Below, one piece after another: positions 20,055-30,311 of a stretch of 64,000 nt of DNA. This DNA comes from an uncultured Acidobacteriota bacterium (GTDB taxonomy: Bacteria > Actinomycetota > Acidimicrobiia > Spongiisociales > ZC4RG35), in contig CAWHEU010000022.1 of NCBI GenBank assembly GCA_963828465.1, forward strand, positions 480,001 to 544,000, given 5' to 3'. The translations under genes were made by a program, and so were the position numbers. The notes under the pieces are model-generated. The model saw nothing but the letters and a program-made list of their open reading frames with translations. It searched no databases and was not told where the DNA came from. Position 1 is the first letter of the stretch; each line of letters opens with the position of its first letter.

Positions 20055-20987
20055 TCAGGAGACCGCCAGCTCCCGGAGACCTCCGGGAGTGGACGGATGA
20101 CGCATCTTGGCGAGGGCTTTGGCCTCGATCTGACGGATGCGCTCCCTTGTCACATTGAAATGTCGTCCCACCTCGTCGAGAGTGGCCGGCTCCTGATTGC
20201 CAAGGCCGTAGCGCATCTCGATGATGGTGCGCTCCCTGTCGGTCAGACGCTCCAGGACGAATTGAAGGTTCTCGATGTTGAGCTTGGAGGCGATCAGCTC
20301 GAAGGGAGCGGCGGCCTCTAGGTCCTCGATGAAATCACCGAGCATGGCGTTGTCGTCGCCGACCGGCTCGAAGATCGAAACCGGCTCGGGGGCGACCTTT
20401 CTCGCCTCGCGGATCTTGTCGACAGTCAGACCAGACTCTTCGGACAGCTCGTCGTCGGTCGGCTTGCGGCCGAGACGTTTCGTCAGATTGGCCTCGGAGC
20501 TCTGCATCTGGGAGATGGTGTCCATCATGTGGACCGGGACCCGGATGGTCCGGCTCTTGTCGGCGATGGCACGGGTGATCGCCTGTCGGATCCACCAGGT
20601 GGCATAGGTGGAGAACTTGAAACCTTTGCGGTACTCGAACTTCTCGACCGCGCGTATCAGGCCCAGATTGCCTTCCTGAACCAGGTCGAGGAAGGGGAGA
20701 CGGGCGTGCCCGTAACGCTTCGCAATGGAAACGACGAGGCGGAGGTTGGAGCGGATGAAAGTCTGTCGGGCTTCTTCGCCGGCACGGACCATCTGGGCCA
20801 GCTGGCGGCGCTTGGTCTGGTCCTTCTCGGACTCGAGTGCCAAATCGGCCTTCCGCCCGGTTTCGATGGCCTTGGCCAACCGGACTTCGTCCTCGGCGGT
20901 GAGCAGGTTGAACAAGCCGATCCCGTCCAGATACTGGCGGATCGCCTCGTCACTTACTTCACGTTCGATGGAGCTGCTTCTACCCAT
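20055..20987 (-). CDS. Sigma-70 factor, group 1/2 type lacking region 1.1
   Basis: [53 protein letters not shown]; GGAGG before ATG 20987. Confidence 0.9.
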   Translation of the reverse strand: MGRSSSIEREVSDEAIRQYLDGIGLFNLLTAEDEVRLAKAIETGRKADLALESEKDQTKRRQLAQMVRAGEEARQTFIRSNLRLVVSIAKRYGHARLPFLDLVQEGNLGLIRAVEKFEYRKGFKFSTYATWWIRQAITRAIADKSRTIRVPVHMMDTISQMQSSEANLTKRLGRKPTDDELSEESGLTVDKIREARKVAPEPVSIFEPVGDDNAMLGDFIEDLEAAAPFELIASKLNIENLQFVLERLTDRERTIIEMRYGLGNQEPATLDEVGRHFNVTRERIRQIEAKALAKMRHPSTPGGLRELAVS

Positions 20988-21143
20988 GACTCGGCCTCCA
21001 GCCAGGGTAGGAACACCCCTGGCCACTCTTTGGGATTGTCGATACCTGTATCGGCAGTTATCCCCACAATGTTGAATGGGCTCAGGGACTCATTTCTCGT
21101 AGACTTTCGCGGTCCCACCACGGCGCTTCGAGGGCCGGGTCGC

Positions 21144-21217
21144 GGGCGTTTAGCTCAGTTGGCTAGAGCACTGCCCTTACAAGGCAGGAGTCGGGGGTTC
21201 GAGTCCCTCAACGCCCA
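21144..21217 (+). tRNA. tRNA-Val (anticodon TAC); CCA not fully encoded (followed by CCG)
   Basis: GGGCGTT/AACGCCC acceptor stem, TAGCTCAGTTGG D-arm, CTGCC-CTTACAA-GGCAG, GGTTCGAGTCC. Confidence 0.95.
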
Positions 21218-21220
21218 CCG

Positions 21221-21874
21221 GTGAAGCAGCCACATCGATCCGACCCCGACTTCATTGTGTTGCACACCCTGCGGTGCATCGGGGTCGCCGGCGAGGAAAG
21301 GGTGGCGGAGGCCTCCGGATTGGAAACCGGCGAGACCGTCATCTACTTGCACGATCTACTCGACCGCGGCCTGGTCACACTCGACCCTGGCCCATTCGGG
21401 GGTTGGGGCGTGACCGAGAGCGGTCGCATCACCGACGAGGAATTGGCCCGGAGCGAGCTCGACTCCGAAGAAAGCCGAATTCATGTGCTCAGGTCCTACG
21501 AATCCTTCCTCGGGCTCAATCCTGCCCTCCTGGATACTTGTGGTGACTGGCAGATGCGAAGGTTCGGCAGCACGCCGATGCTGAACGATCACACCGACCC
21601 CGACTACGACGCCAAGGTGCTATCCCGCCTGATCCGCATCGATGCCTCGGCGCAGCGGATTTGTACCGATCTGGCGAGTCGCCTGATGCGATTCGGTCTT
21701 TACGGCACACGCCTCACGACTGCACTCGAGCGCGCCCTCGCCGGCAACATTGCCTACGTCACCGACACCCTCGATTCGTATCACTCGGTGTGGTTCCAGC
21801 TCCATGAGGATCTTCTGGTCACGCTCGGGATCTCACGTGAGGAAGAGCGAAGGACCTCGTCAGGATCGGCGTAG
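21221..21874 (+). CDS. Conserved actinobacterial protein with N-terminal winged-HTH-like region
   Basis: LVLHTLR-like start, C-terminal DSYHSVWFQLHEDLL motif. Confidence 0.65.
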   Translation: MKQPHRSDPDFIVLHTLRCIGVAGEERVAEASGLETGETVIYLHDLLDRGLVTLDPGPFGGWGVTESGRITDEELARSELDSEESRIHVLRSYESFLGLNPALLDTCGDWQMRRFGSTPMLNDHTDPDYDAKVLSRLIRIDASAQRICTDLASRLMRFGLYGTRLTTALERALAGNIAYVTDTLDSYHSVWFQLHEDLLVTLGISREEERRTSSGSA

Positions 21875-21918
21875 TAGCAGCCAGAATACGCCGGCGACCA
21901 CCGCCGAGCCCAGGCAGA

Positions 21919-22992
21919 TCAGCGGACGAGGAACCCCTTGCCGAGCTCGTCGCTTGGGTCCAGCCACAGCTCGCTGCGACCGGTGATGTGAGCAGTCCCG
22001 GTCACCTCGGGAATCACTGCCGGGATACCGCCGACGTCGGTCGTCTCCACCACCCGACCGGTGAAAGTGCTCCCCAGGATGCTTTCGACTGTGATCGACT
22101 CGGCGGTCGCCACCTCACCTCGGGCGTGATGAATGGCAAGACGGCCGCTGACTCCGGTGCCGGTGGGAGAGCGGTCGACTTCTCCATCGGCGAATATGCA
22201 CACGTTCCGGGAATGGTGCTCCGGATTCTGGGCCGGGCCGACAAAGATCACGCCATAGAGAAAGCCGAGGCCGGGCTCCAGGGGGTGCTCGATCGGCCCT
22301 GAGTCGACGACCGCCTGCTTGATGGCTCGTCCCGCCTCGATGAGCCGGGGTGTGCTCGACGGATCAATCGAAAGCCCGAGATCTGCGGCCGCCACGTAGG
22401 CGTAGAAGGCACCCCCGAAGGCCAGGTCGTACCGAACCCTCCCTAGCCCGGGGACATCGATGTTTTGGTCCAGGGCGGCGACGAACGAGGGCACATTGCG
22501 GAACGACACCGACTGGACGACCCCGGCCGTGATCTGGGCGGTGGCCTCGATCTGGCCCGCCGGCGTGTCGATTCGAATCACGGTCTCCGGGGCTTCCCCC
22601 GGGAGCATGCCGGTGTCGAGCACGACCTTGGTCAGGGCGATGATGCCGTGCCCACACATCGTGGAGAACCCGTCGTTGTGGATGAAGAGGACCGAGATGT
22701 CGCTCGAAGGGTCCACGGGAGGACCGACGAAGGCGCCGTACATGTCGGGATGACCCCGTGGCTCCCACATCAGGCTGCGCCGCAAGTCATCGAAATGAGC
22801 CTCGGCGAACCGGCGGCGCTCGAGCATGGTTGCCCCCTGGATATCGGGGATGCCCTCGACGACCACCCGAAACGGCTCCCCTCCGGTGTGGGAATCGATG
22901 GCCACCACTCGTCGCCAATCCGGTGGCGGCTCCCAGCCCAGCGGCGCTGTCAGGTCCAAGCGTGTGAGCCTAGGAGGAGGAAGGTTGGCCAC
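21919..22992 (-). CDS. Proline racemase family, Cys/Thr type (probable trans-3-hydroxy-L-proline dehydratase)
   Basis: DSHTGGEP, EPRGHPDMYG, MCGHG, DRSPTGTG. Confidence 0.85.
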   Translation of the reverse strand: MANLPPPRLTRLDLTAPLGWEPPPDWRRVVAIDSHTGGEPFRVVVEGIPDIQGATMLERRRFAEAHFDDLRRSLMWEPRGHPDMYGAFVGPPVDPSSDISVLFIHNDGFSTMCGHGIIALTKVVLDTGMLPGEAPETVIRIDTPAGQIEATAQITAGVVQSVSFRNVPSFVAALDQNIDVPGLGRVRYDLAFGGAFYAYVAAADLGLSIDPSSTPRLIEAGRAIKQAVVDSGPIEHPLEPGLGFLYGVIFVGPAQNPEHHSRNVCIFADGEVDRSPTGTGVSGRLAIHHARGEVATAESITVESILGSTFTGRVVETTDVGGIPAVIPEVTGTAHITGRSELWLDPSDELGKGFLVR

Positions 22993-23018
22993 AGCCGGGC
23001 ACTACCCTCCCGTGCCGA

Positions 23019-23726
23019 ATGGAGATGACGAGCCTTGCCGATCTGCTCGATGTGCAAGATCTAGATCTTCAGATCGATCGTCTCCTCGCCAGACGGCAGT
23101 CTCTTCCCGAGCTCGATGCATACAAGGACGCCCACGAGCGGGAACAGGAGCTAACGGCCGAGATCAAGACGGCGGCCGGTGAGTTGAAGATTCTCGAGCT
23201 CGAGTTCGACAAATCGGAAGGCGAGCTCCAGATGCTCGAGGCCAAGCTGACCGAGCACGAGACCAGGCTGTTTGCCGGCGGCATGAGCGCCCGGGAGACC
23301 GAGCACATGCGGCTCGAGGTGCAGAGCCTGCATGGCCAGCAGGAGGCATTGGAGGAGAGGGTTCTCGCCATGCTGGAGCGCCTCGACCCCGCCCGGGAGC
23401 ACGTCGCCGGACTCGAGGCCCGCCGTGATGCCACCATTCAGGAAAAGGCAGGGCACGAAACCGCCATCAAGTCGGAGTGGAAGCTGATCGACGCCGAGCT
23501 GGCTCGCAAGGAGGAGCGCAAGGCGGAAGCCCTCGTCCCCGTGCCCCCCGACCTCGTCGAGATGTACGAGACACTCCGACGGTCGAAGGAGGGCGTGGCG
23601 ATCGGTCGATTCGAGCATGGTGTCTGCGGAGGGTGTCACATGACGTTGTCGCCGGCCGAGCAGAACGAGGCATTCCAAGCCGACATCCCCCGATGCGTCC
23701 ATTGTCGGCGGATCCTCGTCGCCTGA
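23019..23726 (+). CDS. Coiled-coil protein with C4 zinc ribbon (DUF164/CT398-like)
   Basis: LLDVQDLD start, long helix, CGGCHM...CVHCRRIL. Confidence 0.88.
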   Translation: MEMTSLADLLDVQDLDLQIDRLLARRQSLPELDAYKDAHEREQELTAEIKTAAGELKILELEFDKSEGELQMLEAKLTEHETRLFAGGMSARETEHMRLEVQSLHGQQEALEERVLAMLERLDPAREHVAGLEARRDATIQEKAGHETAIKSEWKLIDAELARKEERKAEALVPVPPDLVEMYETLRRSKEGVAIGRFEHGVCGGCHMTLSPAEQNEAFQADIPRCVHCRRILVA

Positions 23727-23729
23727 GCC

Positions 23730-24269
23730 ATGCTCTTCTGGCACCTCGGGGCCACCCTTTGGTTGTTCCGGTGGATTTTCCGGGATCCGAAGGTGGACGT
23801 GAGATTCCTCCTGACGGGGGCGGTCTTCCCGGACGTCGTCGACCTCGTCGTCGGCACCGGGATCATGGGCGGATCGCTCGCCATCGGAGAGCTCTGGGCC
23901 CACACACTCCTCGCTCCCAGCCTCTATATGGCCGGGGTGCTCCTCTTCACAAGGCGTGGCCGGCGTCGTCGTGCCTTCATGGCGTTCGGGGTGGGGTGGT
24001 TGTTCCATATCCTCCTCGATGGCATGTGGACCGATCCCGAAGTCCTGTTCTGGCCTTTCTTCGGCTGGGAGATGCCGGCTGGAGCCGCGCCGTTCTGGCC
24101 GCAAGCCTGGGAGCGGGCCATGGGTGACCCCTGGCGATGGGTCCTCGACGCCATCGGTCTCGGCTATCTGATCTGGCTTTGGTTCGCCACCGGTCTCAAT
24201 CGAAAGGACCGTCGCGACGGACTTTGGCGGACTGGGCGTATTCCCGACCTGGTGGGTCAGGATGCGTAG
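23730..24269 (+). CDS. Membrane-bound metal-dependent hydrolase (YdjM-like)
   Basis: FWH, GAVFPD, AHT, FHILLD motifs. Confidence 0.75.
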   Translation: MLFWHLGATLWLFRWIFRDPKVDVRFLLTGAVFPDVVDLVVGTGIMGGSLAIGELWAHTLLAPSLYMAGVLLFTRRGRRRRAFMAFGVGWLFHILLDGMWTDPEVLFWPFFGWEMPAGAAPFWPQAWERAMGDPWRWVLDAIGLGYLIWLWFATGLNRKDRRDGLWRTGRIPDLVGQDA

Positions 24270-24915
24270 AGCCCTCGCCGTCGTCTTCCTCACCCTGGCC
24301 GCCTGCTCGGGTGGGGGAGCCACGACAACCGTGACAATCGGCGAGGGTGCATCGGATCCGGTCGCTGCCGTCGAAGAGTTGCAGGGGCTACTGGCCCAGG
24401 GAGACTTCGGGGCGGCAGGCTCGCTGGCCGTTCCCGGTCAGGCAGTGCTCGCGTCCTTGGGTGAAGGAGCGACTCCCTCGGCGGTGGCGGCATCACTGGA
24501 GAACGGCGACGGTGAGGTGGCAGCCAACTTCTGGAACGGCTTTGCCCAGGGCGTTGGAGACGCATTCGCCGGCGAGGTGACCGTCGAGGATCTGGGCACC
24601 ACCAGCGAGGAGGGGGTGGAGTTCTTCGTTGTCGGGGTAACACCCGAAGGGGGTGACCAGCGGGTGATGATCACCCGTGATGTCGGCGGCCAGCGGGTCG
24701 ACCTCTTTGCCACGTTCGGTGCCGGTCTGGCGGAGGGGATGATGGGGCCGGTGGAGTTGTTGCTCGGCTCCTCCAACGACGACTCGCAGCTGATCCTGAG
24801 CGCCCTCCAGGACGTGGTCCCCTCGTTGTTGGTGGCAGCCAACGACGAGAGCCTGTCACCTGATTCGGTGCAACGGATCCTGCAACTGGTGGAGCTGATC
24901 ACCAGAGTCGGCTGA
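24262..24915 (+). CDS. Hypothetical lipoprotein
   Basis: Lipobox LAAC; overlaps upstream stop. Confidence 0.7.
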   Translation: MRRALAVVFLTLAACSGGGATTTVTIGEGASDPVAAVEELQGLLAQGDFGAAGSLAVPGQAVLASLGEGATPSAVAASLENGDGEVAANFWNGFAQGVGDAFAGEVTVEDLGTTSEEGVEFFVVGVTPEGGDQRVMITRDVGGQRVDLFATFGAGLAEGMMGPVELLLGSSNDDSQLILSALQDVVPSLLVAANDESLSPDSVQRILQLVELITRVG

Positions 24916-24921
24916 ACAGAC

Positions 24922-25902
24922 TCAGCCTTTCAATGCCGGCACTACCTCACTCCCCAGGAGCTGGATCAGAGCGGGCTGGTCCAGGGCGGCCATCTGGAAG
25001 GTGACGATGTCGGCGTCGAGGTCCCGGACCAGTGGGAGATATGCCTCGATTATCTCGTCTGCCGTGCGGACCCTCGTGTACCGACCCAGGATCTCCTCTC
25101 GGGGCATGGCGTCGGCCATCTCTCTCAGCTCCGCTGGGTCCACCGCCTCCAACCTGCCCGGTGCCCGCAGGCCTCGCCACGGGAAGATCGCCTCCCATGC
25201 CTCCTCTTCGTCCCCGGCGAAGATCGACCATCGGGTGGCGAGGACGATCGGATTCGGTTGCCCTTGGGCAAGGGCGGCCGCCCTCAGCGGGTCGATGACT
25301 TTCTCCACGGTCTCGGCGGGGTCCTTCACCGATGTGATGACACCTTGGGCCGACTCTCCCGCCAGTGTGGCCGACTTGGGGCCTCCCGCGGCGAGAAGAA
25401 TGGGGACCGGGCCGATGCGTGGGGAGTAGAGCTTGGCCCGATCGGTCTGGTAATAGGCGCCCTCGTAGGTGAGTTTTTCGCCATCCAACAGCCGGCGCAT
25501 GATCTCCAAGGCTTCGGTCATACGGGCATTGCGTTCGGCGTAAGCGGGGAACTCGTATCCCAGCGGTCCCTCGTTGATGTTCTCGCCTGTCCCGACACCG
25601 AGGACGAAGCGGCCACCGGAAAGGCGGTCCAGGGTGGCGGCGGCTTGGGCCACCACTCCGGGGTGATACCTGAACAGGGGGGTCGTGACTCCAGTGATCA
25701 GTTGAACCCGCTCCGTGGCCTGGGCCATCGCCCCGATCGTCGAGAAGGCGAACCCGGACGCCGACACATCGTCGACCCAGGGGTGGAAGTGCTCCGATAT
25801 GACGACAGCATCGAACCCCGCCGCCTCGGCGTGGACAGCCTGTTCGACGAGCTCCTCAGGGTGCCACTGCTCGTGTCCACAGAAGTAGGCGAACATGGGC
25901 AA
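24922..25902 (-). CDS. F420-dependent LLM oxidoreductase (G6PDH-like family)
   Basis: HEQW, SEHFHPW, RYHPGVVAQA, LGVGTGENINE. Confidence 0.87.
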   Translation of the reverse strand: MPMFAYFCGHEQWHPEELVEQAVHAEAAGFDAVVISEHFHPWVDDVSASGFAFSTIGAMAQATERVQLITGVTTPLFRYHPGVVAQAAATLDRLSGGRFVLGVGTGENINEGPLGYEFPAYAERNARMTEALEIMRRLLDGEKLTYEGAYYQTDRAKLYSPRIGPVPILLAAGGPKSATLAGESAQGVITSVKDPAETVEKVIDPLRAAALAQGQPNPIVLATRWSIFAGDEEEAWEAIFPWRGLRAPGRLEAVDPAELREMADAMPREEILGRYTRVRTADEIIEAYLPLVRDLDADIVTFQMAALDQPALIQLLGSEVVPALKG

Positions 25903-25941
25903 GAGCGATCCTTTCCGTGCGAGAGCGGGATCTTGCCAGGT

Positions 25942-27657
25942 CTACTGGTAGGAGACGAAGACGGGGACCGGAGAATGGTCGATGGTGTAAGTCGGGGTCG
26001 CGGTCTCGGGCGAGTCCTCGTCGAAGAAGTTCTTCCAGCCCCACTTCCAATGCGCTTCCTCGGTTCCCGCCGTCAGGAAGGCATAGGTTTCGTCCTTGGT
26101 GGGAATCGGGCCCTGGCCGTCCATCTGGATGACCATCTGCAGCTCGGGTCGCTGCTTCAGCCTTTCCCTGTTCACGATCATTGTCGACTTGAACTGGTGG
26201 ACGATCAGCATCTTCTGGGGCAGGCTGTTGGTCTTGACCAGATCGGCGAGCCAGTTGACAACGGAATTGACCTCGGCTGCACCCACCCGACCGATTTGTC
26301 GCAAGTGCACCTGGTCGGGGAGGAGTCGCCACTCCGGGTCCAGGGCGAGGCCGACGTTCGGCAGCTTGAGCAACTCCTCGTATTGCTTGGCCTGGGTGAG
26401 AAAGTCCTCGCGGCCCGGTTGGAGGTCGAGGATCACGTACATCCCGTTCTCCCGGGCAAACTGAATCCAGGGGGCCAGGCTCTCGGGTGAGGACTCCTCG
26501 CTGTAGTCGCCATCTGTCGGGCCGGAAGCGGCGACGCTCGCGATGATCTCGAATGTGGGGATCACCTGGGCACCGTCGGCGGCGTATTCGGAGAGGAGTG
26601 GCTGCATTCGGGCCAGGGTCTCGGCGGGGCCCTGCTCTCCGAGGGCCCCGAGCCCCCCCGCCACCGGGTGCCCGTAGAACGCGACATATCTTCGCGGCAC
26701 GGACGCGGGAAAAACGTGAAAACCTCCGCCCGGCACCTGCACGCCTCTGATCAGCGTGTCGATCTCCCAGGCCGTTGCGGTGGGCTCGGCGCCCAGGTAG
26801 CGGATGGCGGATGGGGGCCGTCCGGCCAGAGCCGGTCCGACTATGGGATAGCGGAGGATGTTGGCCGGGTCATACGCCACCACCGAGGCGCCAATGGCAC
26901 GACCAGTGGCCGCCGCCGAGAGGATGGACACTGGCTGAGACGCGGGGACCATCCAGGCGAATTCTGACCCGGATGGGGCGGCGAGCCCTCGGATTAGAGC
27001 GGCCGGGTCGATCACGGGAGCAGCGGGGACTGTGGTGTTAGGTGTTTCTACGGCGCGCTGGGGGACCACCACACGATCGCGGATCGTCAGGCCCCCGATG
27101 GTCTCGACGACCGTCGATGCATCGGCGACCGGTGGGAGCGGGACATTTCCAGCCGCGCCCAGGGTGTTTCGGGCGAGAGCGACCGCTTCGGGAATAGCCG
27201 GCCGAAGCAGTCCTGCGTCCGGCGGTGTGGCTACTTCGATACCCCCCATTAGATGGACCGTCAAGGGGTCGAGCCGTTCCAACTCCCCGGCGAGCTCAGA
27301 GTGGGGGTGAAGAAGCGGTGCCCCGAGGGCCGCGGCGAGCTGGGCAGCCACGGCGACCTCGTCGAGGTTGTTCTCGGACACCACCACCGCGTGGTCGGAG
27401 CATGGGAAGATCTCCCTCGACAAAGCCAGGGCATCGCCGGCGACGGAGCCGGTAGCGATCGGTGCCGTGCCTCCAGCTACCGGTGTGCAGACCCGCTGCG
27501 GCGGCGGCGTTGTGGTGACTGGGGTAGGGGCGAGCGTCGTCGACGTAGTGCTCGATGTGGACGTGGTGACTACCGAGATCGTCTCGGTCGGTGTCTCCCC
27601 GACGACAACACTGCACGCGGCTAGGGCGCATAGGAGCAGGCGAAATACGTGTTTCAT
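25942..27657 (-). CDS. Cell-envelope lipoprotein (cell-wall-binding-like N-terminus, conserved C-terminal domain)
   Basis: Lipobox LAAC, T/P linker, VAFYGHP...LDLQPGR...LALDPEWRL...GWKNFFDED. Confidence 0.75.
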   Translation of the reverse strand: MKHVFRLLLCALAACSVVVGETPTETISVVTTSTSSTTSTTLAPTPVTTTPPPQRVCTPVAGGTAPIATGSVAGDALALSREIFPCSDHAVVVSENNLDEVAVAAQLAAALGAPLLHPHSELAGELERLDPLTVHLMGGIEVATPPDAGLLRPAIPEAVALARNTLGAAGNVPLPPVADASTVVETIGGLTIRDRVVVPQRAVETPNTTVPAAPVIDPAALIRGLAAPSGSEFAWMVPASQPVSILSAAATGRAIGASVVAYDPANILRYPIVGPALAGRPPSAIRYLGAEPTATAWEIDTLIRGVQVPGGGFHVFPASVPRRYVAFYGHPVAGGLGALGEQGPAETLARMQPLLSEYAADGAQVIPTFEIIASVAASGPTDGDYSEESSPESLAPWIQFARENGMYVILDLQPGREDFLTQAKQYEELLKLPNVGLALDPEWRLLPDQVHLRQIGRVGAAEVNSVVNWLADLVKTNSLPQKMLIVHQFKSTMIVNRERLKQRPELQMVIQMDGQGPIPTKDETYAFLTAGTEEAHWKWGWKNFFDEDSPETATPTYTIDHSPVPVFVSYQ

Positions 27658-27693
27658 GGGGGGGAACCGGGGTCAGGGTACCGATGTCTGGTT

Positions 27694-28887
27694 TCAATCT
27701 CGGCGACGCGCCTGCCAGACCAAACCGATAGAGACGAGGGCAGCGCCAATGACCCAAACGCTCAGAGGCACGTAGAACGAGAGAAAGGCGCACGAGATCA
27801 GCCCCAGCCATGCGGTCCAGCGCCGGCGGTCGAGTGCGAGCGCCGACAGGTTGGTGATCCCGTAATAGAGAAGGATGGTGAAGGCGGAAAAGCTCCAGGC
27901 GATGGCGAGGTCGCCCACCCCGACGATGATGAGGACAGGTACAGCACTGATCGAGATCGCGGTCGCCGGAGAAGAGCGATGATCGAGCCTGGAGAGACGC
28001 CGCGGCATGTCGTTGCGTCGACCCATGGCCAGCCAGACGCGGGATAGGCCGAGTATCAGGTTGAGAAGGGCACCGAGCATCGCAGCGATCCCGCCGATCG
28101 TGACCACGTACGGCCCCGTCACGAGGTCGACCAAGGTCGCACCGCCCTCTATGCCGGATCCCCAATGCTCACCACCCAGCGACCTCCCTCCGATGGCGAC
28201 CAATCCGTAGAGGCACACTGCGAGGGCGAGGGTCCACATCACCGCCCTGGGAATGGTGACCTCGGGTCGGCGCACTTCCTCGCCGAGGGTGGCGATTCGG
28301 CCGTACCCGGTGTAGGCGACGAAAAGGAAAGAGATCGCTGGGAGAAGACCGAGTCGAATCGAGTCCCCGTCGATTGGCGGTTGGGGACTGGCCTGGGTCA
28401 GAGCGGCGAACCCGAAGACAAGGAGCGCGCCCACGGTCACGATGACGAGGACCGAATTGACAATGATCGTTCGTTTGAGACCGGCCAAGACGAGCGCTGT
28501 CAACACCACCACGGCCACGCCCGCCGATATCCGGGGATCCCACGGTGCGTCGAGGAACGCCGCCACGCCGAGGGCGGCGGCAGCTGCCGATGCGGTTTTG
28601 GCCAGGAGGAAGAGCCAGCCGGCCGTGAATCCCCAGGATGCTCCAAGGGTGCGGTACCCGTATTCGTAGGCACCGCCGGCCACGGGAAATCGGCCGGCGA
28701 GAAAGGCGGAGGAAAGACCGTTGAAGAGGGCGACTGCACCAGCGACCGGGATCGCCATCAGGACGGCGTCACCCCACAGTCCGGAGGCGACCCCGATGGC
28801 GACGAAGGCCCCGGTGCCGAGTATCGACCCCAGCCCGGTGACGATCGCCCCGCCGAGACCCATCTCACGGCGGAGGACCTGGGCCAT
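27694..28887 (-). CDS. APC-family amino-acid permease
   Basis: ATG 28887 overlaps the upstream TGA; GLGSILGTG, FVAYTGYGRIATLGEEV. Confidence 0.88.
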   Translation of the reverse strand: MAQVLRREMGLGGAIVTGLGSILGTGAFVAIGVASGLWGDAVLMAIPVAGAVALFNGLSSAFLAGRFPVAGGAYEYGYRTLGASWGFTAGWLFLLAKTASAAAAALGVAAFLDAPWDPRISAGVAVVVLTALVLAGLKRTIIVNSVLVIVTVGALLVFGFAALTQASPQPPIDGDSIRLGLLPAISFLFVAYTGYGRIATLGEEVRRPEVTIPRAVMWTLALAVCLYGLVAIGGRSLGGEHWGSGIEGGATLVDLVTGPYVVTIGGIAAMLGALLNLILGLSRVWLAMGRRNDMPRRLSRLDHRSSPATAISISAVPVLIIVGVGDLAIAWSFSAFTILLYYGITNLSALALDRRRWTAWLGLISCAFLSFYVPLSVWVIGAALVSIGLVWQARRRD

Positions 28888-29571
28888 CAGAAGAGGCTGT
28901 CTGTCTCTGCCTTTTCCCGCAGCTCGGGTCCGTTGTTCTTCACCGAGTTCACCCTGCTCGACACGGCATGCTCCATGATCATGTCGGGATCGATTGGTTG
29001 AAGGAGGCCCGCCACCTCCTCGGGGTCGCGGCAGGTCACGGTCGAGCCACGCGTTCCATACCGAGGGGACGAGGGAAACCGGCATCCGGTCGTGGAGCGC
29101 TGAGACCGGTCCCTCGGCGCCGGTGGTGATGATGGAACAGGTGCGATTCCAGATTTCGGTGTCCGGATCGAGTCTCGAGGCCCAGATCCCGGCGAACGCC
29201 ATTGGGTGTCCATCGGCGCGGTAGACCCAGTGGGGGGTCCGCCCCAATTCTTTGGGCTCCCACTCATAGAAGCCGTCGGCCGGGATCAGACAGCGTCTCC
29301 GGGAAAAGGAATCTCTGAATGCCGACGTGCTTGCGACTGTTTCGGCTCGGGCGTTGATGTGTATCGAGCGGGCGTCCTTGGCCCAGTGGGGCACCAGCCC
29401 CCAGGGCATCGAGCCGAGGGACCTCACCCCGTCACGCTCGGCGATGACATAAACGGGGTCGGTAGGAGCTACGTTCCAATTCGGCTCGATCCGCTGGGCC
29501 AGGACTTCGTCTACACCGAAGTACTCGGCGTAGAAATCGAGGTCACCGGTGATCGAGAAACGACCGCACAC
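28887..29571 (-). CDS. SOS response-associated peptidase (SRAP/HMCES/YedK family); single indel near 29030
   Basis: MCGRF, WGLVP, NARAET, PADGFYEW, HDRMP; true C-terminus VSSRVNSVKNNGP lies in ORF 28887..29267. Confidence 0.88.
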
Positions 29572-29600
29572 AGCCCGAGGTTAGAGGCAGGATCGACATC

Positions 29601-30311
29601 TCATCCCTCGGAGCGGAGGGTTACGAGGGTCTCGAGGAGATCGGCGAGGGCCGACGGGTCAGGGACGGTGACCTTGGCCAGGCTGGGGCCGAGACCGACA
29701 TGGACACCGAGGTCGCCGGGCCCGAGCGCGGCAAAGGCTGTCTCGTCGGTCACATCGTCGCCCATGAACAGCACACGGTCGGCCCCTACCTCATTTTTGA
29801 CCTTCCGCAGTGCGACACCCTTGTCCACCGAGGAGTCGGACAGCTCGACGATCTTCTTGCCATCGAGAACCTTCAGCCCATCGATCGTCGAGGCGCGGCG
29901 CCGCAGCTCCTCCACCACGGCATCGGGGTCGGCCGCGAGGCGGTAGTGGAATCCGACCGACCGCGCCTTGTGCTCGGCCCGGGATCCCGGCGCGGCCTGC
30001 GTGGCCGCGTCGACCAACCGGCGTGCCTCAGTGAGCGCCGGAGATTCGGGGCCGGTGCCGGCCCCATGGTCGGCGCCGTGCTCTCCGATGAGAATGAATG
30101 ACGGATGGTCGAATCGCTCCACGAGATCGGCGCGGCGACGACCACTGATCACAGCCACCGTCGTGTCTTCGATGCCGGCCAAGGCCTCGAGAGCAGCCTT
30201 TGACCGGGCGAGTGGCGTGGCCAGGTCGGGGTCTTCGACGATCTCCGCCAGCGTGCCGTCGAAATCACTGGCGACGAGCAGGCGCTTGGTTGTCGCCAGC
30301 TCCTCGATCAT
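29601..30311 (-). CDS. otsB: Trehalose-6-phosphate phosphatase
   Basis: DFDGTL, ISGR, GEHG, DKG, GDDVTDE. Confidence 0.9.
   Translation of the reverse strand: MIEELATTKRLLVASDFDGTLAEIVEDPDLATPLARSKAALEALAGIEDTTVAVISGRRRADLVERFDHPSFILIGEHGADHGAGTGPESPALTEARRLVDAATQAAPGSRAEHKARSVGFHYRLAADPDAVVEELRRRASTIDGLKVLDGKKIVELSDSSVDKGVALRKVKNEVGADRVLFMGDDVTDETAFAALGPGDLGVHVGLGPSLAKVTVPDPSALADLLETLVTLRSEG

Noticed and set aside
21217-21900. tRNA-Val as an island integration site
   Set aside because: No duplicated tRNA 3' end or integrase was seen downstream in this window.
27694-29571. Apparent 625-aa SRAP-amino-acid-permease fusion
   Set aside because: The true SRAP C-terminus is in another frame and ends in a TGA overlapping the permease ATG; one extra base near 29030 explains the fusion.
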